Below are positions 38,836-48,318 of a stretch of 64,000 nucleotides of DNA, piece after piece. Below the pieces are notes generated by a model. That model did not search any database. It was given only the letters and a program-made list of their open reading frames with translations, and had not been told where the DNA came from. A program made the position numbers and the translations under genes. The DNA lies in the NCBI GenBank assembly GCA_038239305.1, contig JBBSEW010000013.1, forward strand, positions 4,245 to 68,244. Reading direction: 5' to 3'. Source of the DNA: Thermoanaerobaculia bacterium. GTDB taxonomy: Bacteria; Acidobacteriota; Thermoanaerobaculia; UBA5066; Gp7-AA6. Within the stretch, counting starts at the first letter, position 1. Every line of letters starts with the position of its first letter.

Positions 38836-40461
38836 CTACAGGCCCAGATACGCCTGGCGGATCCGGGGATCGCCCAGGAGCTCGTCCGCGCGGCTCGACT
38901 GCACGATGCGTCCCGTTTCGAGAACGTATCCCCGGTGGGCGTGCTCGAGGGCGACCTGGACGTCCTGCTCGACCAGCAGCACGGTCGTCCCCTGCCGATT
39001 CAAGTTCGAGATAACCTCGAGCAGCTGGTGCACGACGAGCGGCGCCAGTCCGAGCGAGAGCTCGTCGATCACGAGCAGCCTGGGGCGCCCCATCAGTCCC
39101 CGTCCGATGGCGCACATCTGCTGCTCGCCGCCCGAGAGCCGACCGGCGAGCTGGTCCTCCCGCTCCCGGAGCCGCGGCATGAGCGCCTGGACGTGGGCGA
39201 GGTCCGAATCGATCTCCGCTCTATCCCTGTCCCGCCGCGCGAACGCTCCCTGCAACAGGTTTTCGCGGACCGTCAGGCCCGGGAAAAGCCGTCGCCCCTG
39301 CGGAACGTGGATGATGCCGGCAGCGACCGTTTCGTCGGGGGTTGCTCCGGTCAGGTCCCGGCCCGCGAAGTGGATGGAGCCCGACCGCGGCTTGAGGAGC
39401 TGGGAGATCGTCCACAGCAGCGTCGTCTTGCCCGCGCCGTTGGCACCGATCAGCGCCACGACCTCACCCGCGTTCACCTCCAGGGACACATCCCAGAGAA
39501 TGCGGACCTCGCCGTATCCGGAGCTCAGGTCGCGGACCTGGAGCAGCGGTACCGGCGCGGTCGGCGGGATCGGCGCGGCCGGCGCGGGGATCCGCGGAGG
39601 CGCAATGCCCGGCGTCGGGAGAAGAGCCGCCGAACCCGGCTCGACAGCCCCGCTCCGCAGAACGGGAACCGCCTCCCTCGAGGTCCGTCGCGCGAATTGT
39701 TCCCCGAGGTATGCCTCGACCACCTGGGGATTCTCGACGACCTCCCGGGGGGCGCCCTCCGCGATCTTGCGCCCGAAGTGCAGGACCACGACGCGGTCCG
39801 AGAGCCCCATGATCGCCTTCATCACGTGCTCGATCACGAAGAGCGTCACGCCGTCACGCTGGATCCCGCGGATCAGCTCCATGGCGCTCTCGATCTCCGA
39901 GGGGTTCAGCCCCGCCATGACCTCGTCCAGGAAGATCAGGTCGGGATCCATCGCGAGAGCCTTCGCGAGCTGGAGGCGCTTCAGGTCCGGGATGGTCAGC
40001 TCGCTCGCGCTCTGGCCCGCGCGGGGGCCGAGGCCGACGCGATCGAGCACCTCGCGCGCGCGAATCCGAGCCTGCCCGGCAGTGCGCTCTCGGCCGAGCC
40101 GGCCGAACATCGCCCCGACGGCGACGTTGTCCAGGACCGTGAGCTGCCGGAGCGGCTTGACGATCTGGAACGTCCGGGCGAGGCCGAGCCGGCCGATGCG
40201 ATGGCTCGGCAGCGGGGTGATGTCGACGCCGCCGAACTCGAGCCGGCCCGACGTGGGCTTGTCCATGCCGCTCACGCAATTGACGAACGTCGTCTTGCCC
40301 GCCCCGTTCGGACCGAGAACTCCCAGGATCTCTCCCTTGCGGATCGTGAGGTCCACGTTCTCCAGGGCGGCGAGACCGCCGAATCGCTTCGACAGCCCGG
40401 TCGCGACGAGGAGCGGCGCTCCCGGGGCCACGGTGCCGGCCGGCCTCGACGCGACGGCCAT
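38836..40461 (-). CDS. fused LivG-LivF type ABC ATP-binding protein (two ATPase domains joined by a Pro-rich linker)
   Basis: Two Walker A sites (GPNGAGKTT, GANGAGKTT) and two signature/Walker B sets. Linker is ..PGSAALLPTPGIAPPRIPAPAAPIPPTAPVP.. Confidence 0.85.
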   Translation of the reverse strand: MAVASRPAGTVAPGAPLLVATGLSKRFGGLAALENVDLTIRKGEILGVLGPNGAGKTTFVNCVSGMDKPTSGRLEFGGVDITPLPSHRIGRLGLARTFQIVKPLRQLTVLDNVAVGAMFGRLGRERTAGQARIRAREVLDRVGLGPRAGQSASELTIPDLKRLQLAKALAMDPDLIFLDEVMAGLNPSEIESAMELIRGIQRDGVTLFVIEHVMKAIMGLSDRVVVLHFGRKIAEGAPREVVENPQVVEAYLGEQFARRTSREAVPVLRSGAVEPGSAALLPTPGIAPPRIPAPAAPIPPTAPVPLLQVRDLSSGYGEVRILWDVSLEVNAGEVVALIGANGAGKTTLLWTISQLLKPRSGSIHFAGRDLTGATPDETVAAGIIHVPQGRRLFPGLTVRENLLQGAFARRDRDRAEIDSDLAHVQALMPRLREREDQLAGRLSGGEQQMCAIGRGLMGRPRLLVIDELSLGLAPLVVHQLLEVISNLNRQGTTVLLVEQDVQVALEHAHRGYVLETGRIVQSSRADELLGDPRIRQAYLGL

Positions 40462-40462
40462 C

Positions 40463-41446
40463 TCAGGTCACCCGGTGCGCGCGCACATTCGCGAAGAGGC
40501 TGCGCCAGCGGAACCGCTCTCCCGATTGCCGCAACGAGCGGGCCGCGCGAAACAGAGGCACGAGCCCGCGCGGCAGGAACACCACGAAGAAGATGATGAG
40601 GGTCCCGAGCACGGTCGGATGGAGCTCGAGGAAGTGGCTCCAGACGTACGTCGAGAGCAGCTGGTAAATGCCGGCGCCGAGAAGCGGGCCGAGCACCGTC
40701 CCGGGGCCGCCGATCACGACCGCGATGATCGATTCCAGCGTGTAGTCGATCCGGAAAAAGTCGCCCGGGGCGACATGGATGTTCTGGTAGGCCGTCACGC
40801 CGCCCGCGAGCGCCGCGAACGCGGCCGAGAGAGCGTACGCGAGGACCTTGTAGCGCGTCGTCGCGATCCCGACCATCCGCGCGGCGTCCTGGTCTTCGCG
40901 GATCGCGACCCACGCGAAACCCACCTTCGAACGAGCCAGCGCGAACGTGAGCCCGATTCCTAGGACCACGAGCCCCAGGGCCGTGTAATAGAAGAACTCC
41001 CCCTCGGTCTTGAGCGGCAGATCGATACCCGTCGAACCGGCGGTCACGCTGTCCCAGGTGTCCGCGACCTGCCGCAGGGCCTCGGCGACGCCGAGCGTGG
41101 CGATCGCGAAGTAGTGACCCTTCAGCCGGAGGATGGGGAGCCCGAGGAGAGCTGCGAATGCCGCCGAGAGAATCGCGCCGGACAGGAGAGCCGGGAAGAA
41201 GGGGACGTGCCACCGGCCGATCATCAGCAGGCCGGTCGTGTAGGCGCCCATCCCGAAATACGCGACGTTCCCGAACGAGGCGTAGCCGGTGTATCCGCCG
41301 AGGAAGTTCCAACCCTGCGCCATGACCGCCAGCAGGAGCAGGCGCGTGTAAGTCAGAAGCTTGTAGGAAGAAACGAAGCGCGGGAGCAGGAGCAGGGCCG
41401 CGAGCCCCAGCGCGAGGCCGAGCGCCCGGAGGATCCGCGGCCTCAT
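40463..41446 (-). CDS. branched-chain amino acid ABC transporter permease (LivM-like)
   Basis: 327 aa with ..GGYTGYASFGNVAYFGMGAY..VIGGPGTVLGPLLGA.. Confidence 0.85.
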   Translation of the reverse strand: MRPRILRALGLALGLAALLLLPRFVSSYKLLTYTRLLLLAVMAQGWNFLGGYTGYASFGNVAYFGMGAYTTGLLMIGRWHVPFFPALLSGAILSAAFAALLGLPILRLKGHYFAIATLGVAEALRQVADTWDSVTAGSTGIDLPLKTEGEFFYYTALGLVVLGIGLTFALARSKVGFAWVAIREDQDAARMVGIATTRYKVLAYALSAAFAALAGGVTAYQNIHVAPGDFFRIDYTLESIIAVVIGGPGTVLGPLLGAGIYQLLSTYVWSHFLELHPTVLGTLIIFFVVFLPRGLVPLFRAARSLRQSGERFRWRSLFANVRAHRVT

Positions 41447-41450
41447 CTCC

Positions 41451-42317
41451 TTAGACCGACTTCCCGGCGATGCCCTGCGGACGCCAGATGAGAAGCAGGA
41501 CGAGCAGGGCGAATGTGATCGCCTGCGCGAGGCTCGGGAGACGGGAGCCCACGAACACCTCGACGAAAGCGAAAATCGTCGCCCCGATGATCACGTTGAC
41601 CACGTTTCCGAGGCCGCCGAGGACACACACCACGAAGGCGCGCTGGGTGTAGCTGCTCCCGGCCGTCGGATCGAACGGCACGGAGAGAGAGAGGAGCGAC
41701 CCGGCGGCGCCGGCCATCGCCGCGCCGATCGCGAACGTGACCGCATAGATCTTCGCGACCTTTACGCCCGTGAGCCTTGCCGCGTCGATGTCCATGCCCG
41801 TCGCCCGGATCGCCCGCCCGGTCCGCGTGCGTCGCAGAAACGCACCGAGCGCGAGCACGAGAAAGAGGGAAATGAGGAGCGCGGCCAGCCGGATGTACGG
41901 AACCCGCGCCGGGCCGATGGAGAACCCGGACCCGCTGTACGGGGTCGTGACGGAGCGGAGGTCCGCCTTGAAGAAGAAATTCAGAAGGTTGACCAGGAGG
42001 ATCTCGAGCCCGAAAGTCAGCAGAAACGTGGCCAGGAGCGGCGCGCGGATGATCTGGTTGATCAGGAGGCGCTGGATCCCGTACCCGAGCAGGAAGAGTG
42101 CGGCCATCGAGAGAGGAATGGTGAGAAAGGGATCGACGCCCATCCACTCGTGGAGCGCGTACGTCAGGTACGCGCCCAGCACGATGAACGCGCCGTGCGC
42201 GAGGTTGACGATGTTCATGATTCCCCAGACGAGCGAGAAGCCCACGGCCACGAGGGCGAGGATCCCCGTCAGCAACAACGCGTTGACGAAGACCTGGGAA
42301 AGCTCCGCGAATGCCAT
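41451..42317 (-). CDS. branched-chain amino acid ABC transporter permease (LivH-like)
   Basis: 288 aa with ..MNIVNLAHGAFIVLGAY..CVLGGLGNVVNVIIGA.. Confidence 0.85.
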   Translation of the reverse strand: MAFAELSQVFVNALLLTGILALVAVGFSLVWGIMNIVNLAHGAFIVLGAYLTYALHEWMGVDPFLTIPLSMAALFLLGYGIQRLLINQIIRAPLLATFLLTFGLEILLVNLLNFFFKADLRSVTTPYSGSGFSIGPARVPYIRLAALLISLFLVLALGAFLRRTRTGRAIRATGMDIDAARLTGVKVAKIYAVTFAIGAAMAGAAGSLLSLSVPFDPTAGSSYTQRAFVVCVLGGLGNVVNVIIGATIFAFVEVFVGSRLPSLAQAITFALLVLLLIWRPQGIAGKSV

Positions 42318-42351
42318 CAGGCGGACGTCGGAAGACGAACCGGCGGCCGCC

Positions 42352-43581
42352 CTACCTCTTGTCCCACGGCGGCATCGGATACAACGCCGCCTTCTCGGCG
42401 ACCTTCTCGGGCCAGACGGTGTATTTCTTCCCGTCCGGCTGCAACTGTTCGATCGCCATGGGCTTGTAGATGTTGACCCCCCGCGAGTCGAACTTGACCT
42501 GGCCGTAGAACGTCATGATGTCGAGGGCCGCGATCGCGTCGCGGACTTTCGGGCCGTCGATCGAGCCGGCCTTCTCGATCGCCTTCGCGAACGCCCAGAC
42601 CGCGGCCGCGGACTCGGCCACCTGGTACGGAATCACCTTGTAGTCCGGATGCTTCGCCTGGAAGGCCGTCGCGAAAGCCTGCGGGGTCTTCCACGGATCC
42701 GTGCCCTCGTATTTCAGGGCGGGAGTCCACTGTGTCGCGCCATAGATGAAGTCGGCGTTGCCCTTCAGGTTCTCCCGGAACTCGGGGGAGGACGGCCCGA
42801 CGGAGAATCCCATCGCCCGCGGCGAAACCCCGAGGTCCTTCGCCTGCTTGACGATGATGAGCGAGTCCTGAAGGTGACCCGAGCCCAGGACCACGTGCGG
42901 GTTCTTCCCCTTGATGTTGGTCAGAAGGGAGCTCACGTCCTGCGTGCCCGTCGGATAGAGCTCGTGGTAAACGACGTCGAATCCCTTCTCCTTCGCGTAC
43001 TCCGCGGCGCCCTGGGCGACTTCCTTCGAGAAAGGCTCGTTCTCGCCGAGGATCGCGACTGTTTTCGCCGTCGGGTCCTTCGCCTTCACGAGGTCGATCA
43101 GGCCGCGCAGATACAGCTTGGCGGGCGAGAGGACGGCGAAGGTGTACTTGTAGCCCTTCGAGAAGATGCTCTCGGCCGAACCGTTGGCCTCGATCATCGG
43201 AACTTTGTATTTCTCGCAGATCGGGGCCGCCGTGCCCGAGGGCGCGGAACCGTAGGGCCCGAGGATCAGGTTGACTTTGTCCTCGTTGATGAGCTTCTCG
43301 ATGAGCTGAGCGGTGCGCTCTGACTTCGACTCGTCGTCGTACACCTTCATCGCGACCTTCCAGGTTTTTCCACCCGCCCGGATGCCGCCCATCTCGTTGA
43401 TTTTGTCGAGGGCGATCTGGTATCCGTCGCGCGTGTACTCGCCTTCCTTGGCCGTCTTGCCGGTGATCGAGATCGCAGCTCCGAACGTGATCGTGTTGTC
43501 GGCGGCGCCGGCCGGCGCGGGAAAGAGGAGCGTCAGGGATGCCAGAAGCGAGAGAATCGAGCCCGTCTTTCGCAAGCGCAT
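42352..43581 (-). CDS. ABC transporter substrate-binding protein (LivJ/K-like)
   Basis: Signal peptide MRLRKTGSILSLLASLTLLFPAPAGA, then ..ITFGAAISITGKTAKEGE.. type I binding-protein pattern. Confidence 0.8.
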   Translation of the reverse strand: MRLRKTGSILSLLASLTLLFPAPAGAADNTITFGAAISITGKTAKEGEYTRDGYQIALDKINEMGGIRAGGKTWKVAMKVYDDESKSERTAQLIEKLINEDKVNLILGPYGSAPSGTAAPICEKYKVPMIEANGSAESIFSKGYKYTFAVLSPAKLYLRGLIDLVKAKDPTAKTVAILGENEPFSKEVAQGAAEYAKEKGFDVVYHELYPTGTQDVSSLLTNIKGKNPHVVLGSGHLQDSLIIVKQAKDLGVSPRAMGFSVGPSSPEFRENLKGNADFIYGATQWTPALKYEGTDPWKTPQAFATAFQAKHPDYKVIPYQVAESAAAVWAFAKAIEKAGSIDGPKVRDAIAALDIMTFYGQVKFDSRGVNIYKPMAIEQLQPDGKKYTVWPEKVAEKAALYPMPPWDKR

Positions 43582-43633
43582 GCGGCCCTCCTCAGAATGG
43601 CGGGAACTATATAAGCTGTGGCTCTTTGCGGTC

Positions 43634-43750
43634 GGTTCCCGTTTCCCGTTTCCGGTTTCCGGTTTCCGGTTTCCAATTTCCGACTATCGGTTACGGGTCG
43701 TGTGTTTGATTTACGGGCTATGAGCTACGGGTTACGGGTCATGAGTCGTG
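43634..43750. repeat. two word arrays in a divergent promoter spacer: GGTTTCC-type x7, then TTACGGG-containing units x4
   Basis: ggttcccgtttcccgtttccggtttccggtttccggtttccaatttcc .. ggttacgggtcgtgtgtttgatttacgggctatgagctacgggttacgggtcatgag. Confidence 0.9.
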
Positions 43751-43811
43751 AATCCCGGGTTCGACGAACTCCGCCGGCGGACCTGGCCCGGCGCATCCGG
43801 AGGAATGGACC

Positions 43812-44279
43812 ATGACGGGATCCGTGCGGGAGCGGCTCGTCGGAGTCTGGAGCCTCCGGTCGATTCGCGATCGGGACTCCGGCGGCGCCGAGAGCGACGC
43901 CCCCGGTTTCGGGTCGGATCCGGCGGGACGGCTGATCTACACCGCCTCGGGACACGTGGCGGTGAACTTCATGAAACGGTCGCGGACACTCTGGAGCTCC
44001 GAGGATGGGCACTCCGAAGCGGAGCGCGCTTCCGCAGCGGCCGGGTACGGCGCCTACGCCGGCCGCTTCACGGTCGGCGAGGCCGAGGGCATCGTCATCC
44101 ATCACGTCGAAGTGGCGCTGATCCCGAATCGGATCGGAACGGATCTCATCCGAGCCTATTCCCTGAAGGAGAACGACAGCATCCTGATCCTGCGGCCGCC
44201 GCCCTTCGTCCGGGACAATCGCACGGCTCGCACGACTCGCATGACCGAGCGCGCGCTGATGTGGGAACGGATCGGCTGA
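43812..44279 (+). CDS. lipocalin-like domain protein
   Basis: ..LVGVWSLRSI..GRLIYTASGHVAV..YGAYAGRFTV..IVIHHVEVALIPNRIGTDLIRAY fits the lipocalin-like (Lipocalin_5-type) pattern. GGAGGA RBS. Confidence 0.55.
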   Translation: MTGSVRERLVGVWSLRSIRDRDSGGAESDAPGFGSDPAGRLIYTASGHVAVNFMKRSRTLWSSEDGHSEAERASAAAGYGAYAGRFTVGEAEGIVIHHVEVALIPNRIGTDLIRAYSLKENDSILILRPPPFVRDNRTARTTRMTERALMWERIG

Positions 44280-44313
44280 ACGTAACCCATCCCTCACGAC
44301 GCACAACTGCACC

Positions 44314-46263
44314 CTACCCCTTCATCTCCCCCCGCATCTCGCGCCACGCCTCCCGCGCCTCATCGACGGACCCCTCGTCCTCGATCGTCGTGATGTCGCC
44401 CGGATCTTTCCCGAGGGTGACCGCCTTGAGAACCCGCCGCATGATCTTGCCGCTCCGCGTCTTCGGAAGGTTCCGCACGAAGTTGAGCTCGCCCACGACG
44501 GCCACGGCGCCGAGCTCCCGCCGGATCGTGGCGAGGATCGCGGCGCGCAACTCCGGGGAAGGGTCATGGCCCTGGCGCAGCACGACGAAGGCGGAAATGA
44601 TCTCGCCGCGCAGCTCGTCCGGCCGTCCGGTGACGCCCGCTTCGGCAACGGACGAGTGCTGGAGGCAGGCCGTCTCGACCTCGATCGTGCCGAGGCGATG
44701 TCCCGCGATCTTGATGATCTCGTCCGCGCGGCCCATGAACCAGACGTACCCGTCCTCGTCGATCATCGCGGAGTCGCCGGTCGAGTACACGCCGGGGATC
44801 TTCGACCAGTAGTCCGCGCCGTACCGGTCGGGTTCGCCCCAGAGGGATGCCGTGAGCCCGGGAAACGGCCGCCGGATTGCCATGATCCCCTTCTCGCCCG
44901 GCCGGCAGGGCTCCCCCTCGGGCGTCAGCACGGCGCACTCGATCCCGGGGAGCGGAATCGTGGCGGATCCGGGCTTGATCGGCAGCAGGGAAATCCCGTA
45001 CGGGTTTCCGAAGACCGGCCCCGAGGTCTCGGTCTGCCACATGTGGTCGATCACCGGCACGCGTCCCGCGAGGACCCGGTTCTGGAGCCAGTCCCACGCC
45101 GGCGCGTTCAAGACCTCGCCGGCGCTGAACACCCGCTCGAGCGTCGACAGGTCGAAGCCGCGCGCCGCGTCATCGCCGTAGCGCATGAGGAGCCGGATCG
45201 CCGTCGGCGACGTGAACACGCCCGTGACGCGGAACTCCTCGACGATCTTCCAGACGGTCGAAGGATCCGGGTGGTCGATCGCCCCCTCGTACGCCACCGT
45301 CGTGCAACCGGCCAGAAGCGGCGCGTACACGATGTAGCCGTGACCGACGATCCATCCGATGTCGGATGTCGACCACCAGACCTCGCCCGCGCGCAGCCCC
45401 AGGCACCACCTTCCCATGCTCGCGACGTGCACCTGATAGCCGCCATGCGTGTGGACGGCGAGCTTCGGCTTCGCGGTCGTCCCGGACGTCGCGAGGATGA
45501 ACGCAGGCTCGTTCGACTCGAGAGGCTCGTGGGCGCGGCTCTGTCCGGCTCCGCGCGCGAGGAACTCCTCCCAGGGAACGTCGCGACCCGCGGTCATCGG
45601 CACGGCGCCGCCCGTGCGGTTCAGGACGACGACGTGACGGACGGCATGCGGCTCGCGGCCGCCATCGAGCGCCGCATCGACGATCTCCTTCAGCCGCACG
45701 TCCTTGCCCTTGCGGTAGGTCACGTCGGAGGTGAAAACGAGACGGGAGCCGCTCGCGCGGATCCGGTCGCCGAGCGCCCTCTCGCCGAAGCCCGCGAAGA
45801 CCACCATGTGGATCGCGCCGATGCGGACGGCCGCGAGCATGAGGATCACGGCTTCCGGGATCGTCGGCATGTAGATCGTGATCCGGTCGCCCTTTCCGAT
45901 CCCCATTCCCCGCAGACCCGCCGCCGCGCGCTCGACATCTCCCAGCAGCTGCGCGTAGGTCGAGATTCTCCGCTCTCCCCGCTCGTTCAATCCGACGAGC
46001 GCCGCCTGTTCTCCGCGGCCGTGGAGCACGTGATGGTCCAGGCAGTTGTAGGCGAGGTTCGTGATGCCGCCTTCGAACCACCGGAAAGAGGGCTGATCCC
46101 ACGTCAGGGTCTTCTCCCAGCTCCGGAACCACGGCAGCTCCCGGGCGGCCCGGTCCCAGAAAGCGTCCGGATCGTTTCGCGCGTCCTCGACCACGCGGCG
46201 CACGACCGGATTGACGAGCTCGATGCGCAGGGCGCTCGCGGCGCCTTCTTCGTGGCCGGTCAC
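44314..46263 (-). CDS. acetyl-/propionyl-CoA synthetase family (AMP-forming)
   Basis: 649 aa with ..DPDAFWDRAAREL.., ..ILATSGTTAKPKLAVHTHGG.., ..WQTETSG.., ..YSTGDSAMIDEDGYVWFMGRADEIIKIAGHRLGT.., ..LPKTRSGKIMRR. The GTG overlaps the upstream stop (GTGA). Confidence 0.8.
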   Translation of the reverse strand: MTGHEEGAASALRIELVNPVVRRVVEDARNDPDAFWDRAARELPWFRSWEKTLTWDQPSFRWFEGGITNLAYNCLDHHVLHGRGEQAALVGLNERGERRISTYAQLLGDVERAAAGLRGMGIGKGDRITIYMPTIPEAVILMLAAVRIGAIHMVVFAGFGERALGDRIRASGSRLVFTSDVTYRKGKDVRLKEIVDAALDGGREPHAVRHVVVLNRTGGAVPMTAGRDVPWEEFLARGAGQSRAHEPLESNEPAFILATSGTTAKPKLAVHTHGGYQVHVASMGRWCLGLRAGEVWWSTSDIGWIVGHGYIVYAPLLAGCTTVAYEGAIDHPDPSTVWKIVEEFRVTGVFTSPTAIRLLMRYGDDAARGFDLSTLERVFSAGEVLNAPAWDWLQNRVLAGRVPVIDHMWQTETSGPVFGNPYGISLLPIKPGSATIPLPGIECAVLTPEGEPCRPGEKGIMAIRRPFPGLTASLWGEPDRYGADYWSKIPGVYSTGDSAMIDEDGYVWFMGRADEIIKIAGHRLGTIEVETACLQHSSVAEAGVTGRPDELRGEIISAFVVLRQGHDPSPELRAAILATIRRELGAVAVVGELNFVRNLPKTRSGKIMRRVLKAVTLGKDPGDITTIEDEGSVDEAREAWREMRGEMKG

Positions 46264-46697
46264 GCGTCCTTCTCCTTCTTCTTCCTCTTCGCGCGCGGCC
46301 GGGCGCGGGGCGACCGAGAGCGCCTGGCGCCGCGCTTCTCGTCGAGCCGGGCGACGAGCTTCCGGGGAGCGATCGCGCGGTAGCTCTCCTCGATCCACGC
46401 GGTCAGGAGCACGCCCGGGAGCGCGTCGCCCGGCTCGAAGGAGGCCGTGATCCATCCCGCTTTCCCGAGTCCGTAACCTGTCGGCTCGGCAAACGGAAGC
46501 TCGAGGGCTTCGAACGAGGACTGCGGCAGCTTCACGGAGAGCGAGGTCCCGCTCGCCGCCGACGGTCTTCCGAGAAACACGAAAACCTTGTTCCCGACTT
46601 TCGCGACGCTCTCGCCCCACGGGAAGTCTTCCCGGGCGCCGGGAAGAGAGAACGCGAATTGGCGAAGCTTCGAAGGAGGAAACCCTTTCGGCGCCAT
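46260..46697 (-). CDS. MmcQ/YjbR-family protein with Lys/Arg-rich C-terminal tail
   Basis: ..LRQFAFSLPGAREDFPWGESVAKVGNKVFVFLG..GWITASF..WIEESYRAIAP resembles YjbR-like proteins. Tail is RSRSPRARPRAKRKKKEKDA. Confidence 0.55.
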   Translation of the reverse strand: MAPKGFPPSKLRQFAFSLPGAREDFPWGESVAKVGNKVFVFLGRPSAASGTSLSVKLPQSSFEALELPFAEPTGYGLGKAGWITASFEPGDALPGVLLTAWIEESYRAIAPRKLVARLDEKRGARRSRSPRARPRAKRKKKEKDA

Positions 46698-46771
46698 CCG
46701 GGAACTCTAACCCTCCTCCCGGAAGAATCCGATCCCCGGACCGGTGTGTAATAGCGCGAGGGGGATCGACC

Positions 46772-47740
46772 ATGAAAGCGATTCGCGTGTCGGAAGCCTG
46801 CAACGCGGATGAGATGCGCCTCGAAGACATTCCCGTTCCGGAGCCGAAGGCCGGGGAAGCGCTCGTCCGGATCGAGGCCGCGGGGGTCAATTTCATCGAC
46901 GTCTACTACCGTTCAGGCACCTACCCGGGCGCGTATCCGATGACGCTCGGCATGGAGGCTGCGGGACGCGTCGAGAAGACCGGCACCGGCGTGACCTCCG
47001 TGAAGCCGGGCGACCGGGTCGCGTCCATCTCCTTCACCGGCTCCTACGCCGAATATGCCGTGGCGCCGGCGGAGAAGCTCGTGCCGGTACCGGAGGGCGT
47101 GTCGGCGACCCAGGCGGCGGCCGTTCTCCTCCAGGGAATGACGGCTCACTACCTGGCTCATTCCACCTACCCGCTCCGGAAGGGCCAGGCCTGCCTCGTC
47201 CACGCCGGCGCTGGCGGCGTCGGCCTGCTCCTCTGCCAGATGGGCCGCCGGATCGGGGCGCGCGTCTTCGCGACGGCGGGCTCTCCGGAGAAGGTCGCGC
47301 TGGCCCGGGCAGCCGGAGCAGAGGTCGCCATCGACTACACGAAAGACGATTTCGTCGCCGCCGTGAAAAAGGGCACCGACGGGCGGGGCGTCTCCGTCGT
47401 CTACGACTCGGTCGGAAAGACGACCTTCGACGGCAGCCTCGACTGCCTCGAGCCGCGCGGCACAATGGTCCTCTTCGGCCAGTCGAGCGGATCGGTCCCC
47501 CCGATCGACCCCCAGATCCTGAACAAGAAAGGCTCTCTCTTTCTCACCCGCCCGACGCTCTTCCACTACACCGCCACCCGCGAAGAGCTCCTCGAGCGGT
47601 CGAGCGCCGTCCTCGACGCCGTCGCCCGCCGGGAGCTGGACGTCAAGGTTTTTCGCGAAATCCCGTTGGCGGAAGCCGCGGAGTCCCATCGGTTGCTCGA
47701 AGGCAGGAAAACGACCGGCAAGATCGTGTTGGTTCCTTGA
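46772..47740 (+). CDS. qor: NADPH:quinone oxidoreductase (zeta-crystallin family MDR)
   Basis: ..GEALVRIEAAGVNFIDVYYRSGTYP..LVHAGAGGVGLLLCQ..KTTGKIVLVP. Confidence 0.8.
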   Translation: MKAIRVSEACNADEMRLEDIPVPEPKAGEALVRIEAAGVNFIDVYYRSGTYPGAYPMTLGMEAAGRVEKTGTGVTSVKPGDRVASISFTGSYAEYAVAPAEKLVPVPEGVSATQAAAVLLQGMTAHYLAHSTYPLRKGQACLVHAGAGGVGLLLCQMGRRIGARVFATAGSPEKVALARAAGAEVAIDYTKDDFVAAVKKGTDGRGVSVVYDSVGKTTFDGSLDCLEPRGTMVLFGQSSGSVPPIDPQILNKKGSLFLTRPTLFHYTATREELLERSSAVLDAVARRELDVKVFREIPLAEAAESHRLLEGRKTTGKIVLVP

Positions 47741-47764
47741 GAACGAGTGAGGGAGCTTGAGTTG

Positions 47765-47994
47765 GAATCTCGCGATCTCGCGATCTCATGATCTCGCGAT
47801 CGATCGAACCATCGAACCATCAGGGAATCGGGCACAGGCGGCCGAGTCAGAATCGGGTGATCGGTGATCGGATGATCGGGTGATCAATCAGGGGAATCGG
47901 GTGATCCGAAGATCGGGGAATTGGGGGATTGGAGAATCGGGGAATCGGAATACGGCCCCTCACCCCAACCCTCTCCCGCCGGGGAGAGGGGGAA
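47765..47994 (-). repeat. composite intergenic element, copy B (inverted relative to copy A)
   Basis: Its reverse complement aligns with 3906-4107, including the identical core GGATCACCCGATTCCCCTGATTGATCACCCGATCA and the hairpin CCCTCTCCC-GCC/GGC-GGGGAGAGGG at 47968-47990. Confidence 0.85.
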
Positions 47995-48318
47995 GACCCG
48001 AAGCTACGCTGCCTGGCGGTGTGACGAAAGTCTCTCTGGAGCCCGCCGCCGGCGGAGCCTCCCGTACGAGGCCATGAGTGAGGGAGCCCGCCGAAATCAG
48101 TCTCTTGCTCCCCTGGGGCTGCGACCGAACTACGAGCGGCGGCCACGGGTTCCCCTGAGGAACGAGGCCGCCGCGTGCCTCGGTAGGGAGGCGCCGCCGG
48201 CGGCGGGCGGATCTCGAGCCACGCTGCCGGAATCCGCTCGACCGGAGACGCCGGGTTCCCTCGCTTTGTTCGAGTAACCGAATGGCGCGAATCCTGCGGC
48301 CGATATCCCTTCGGTAGA

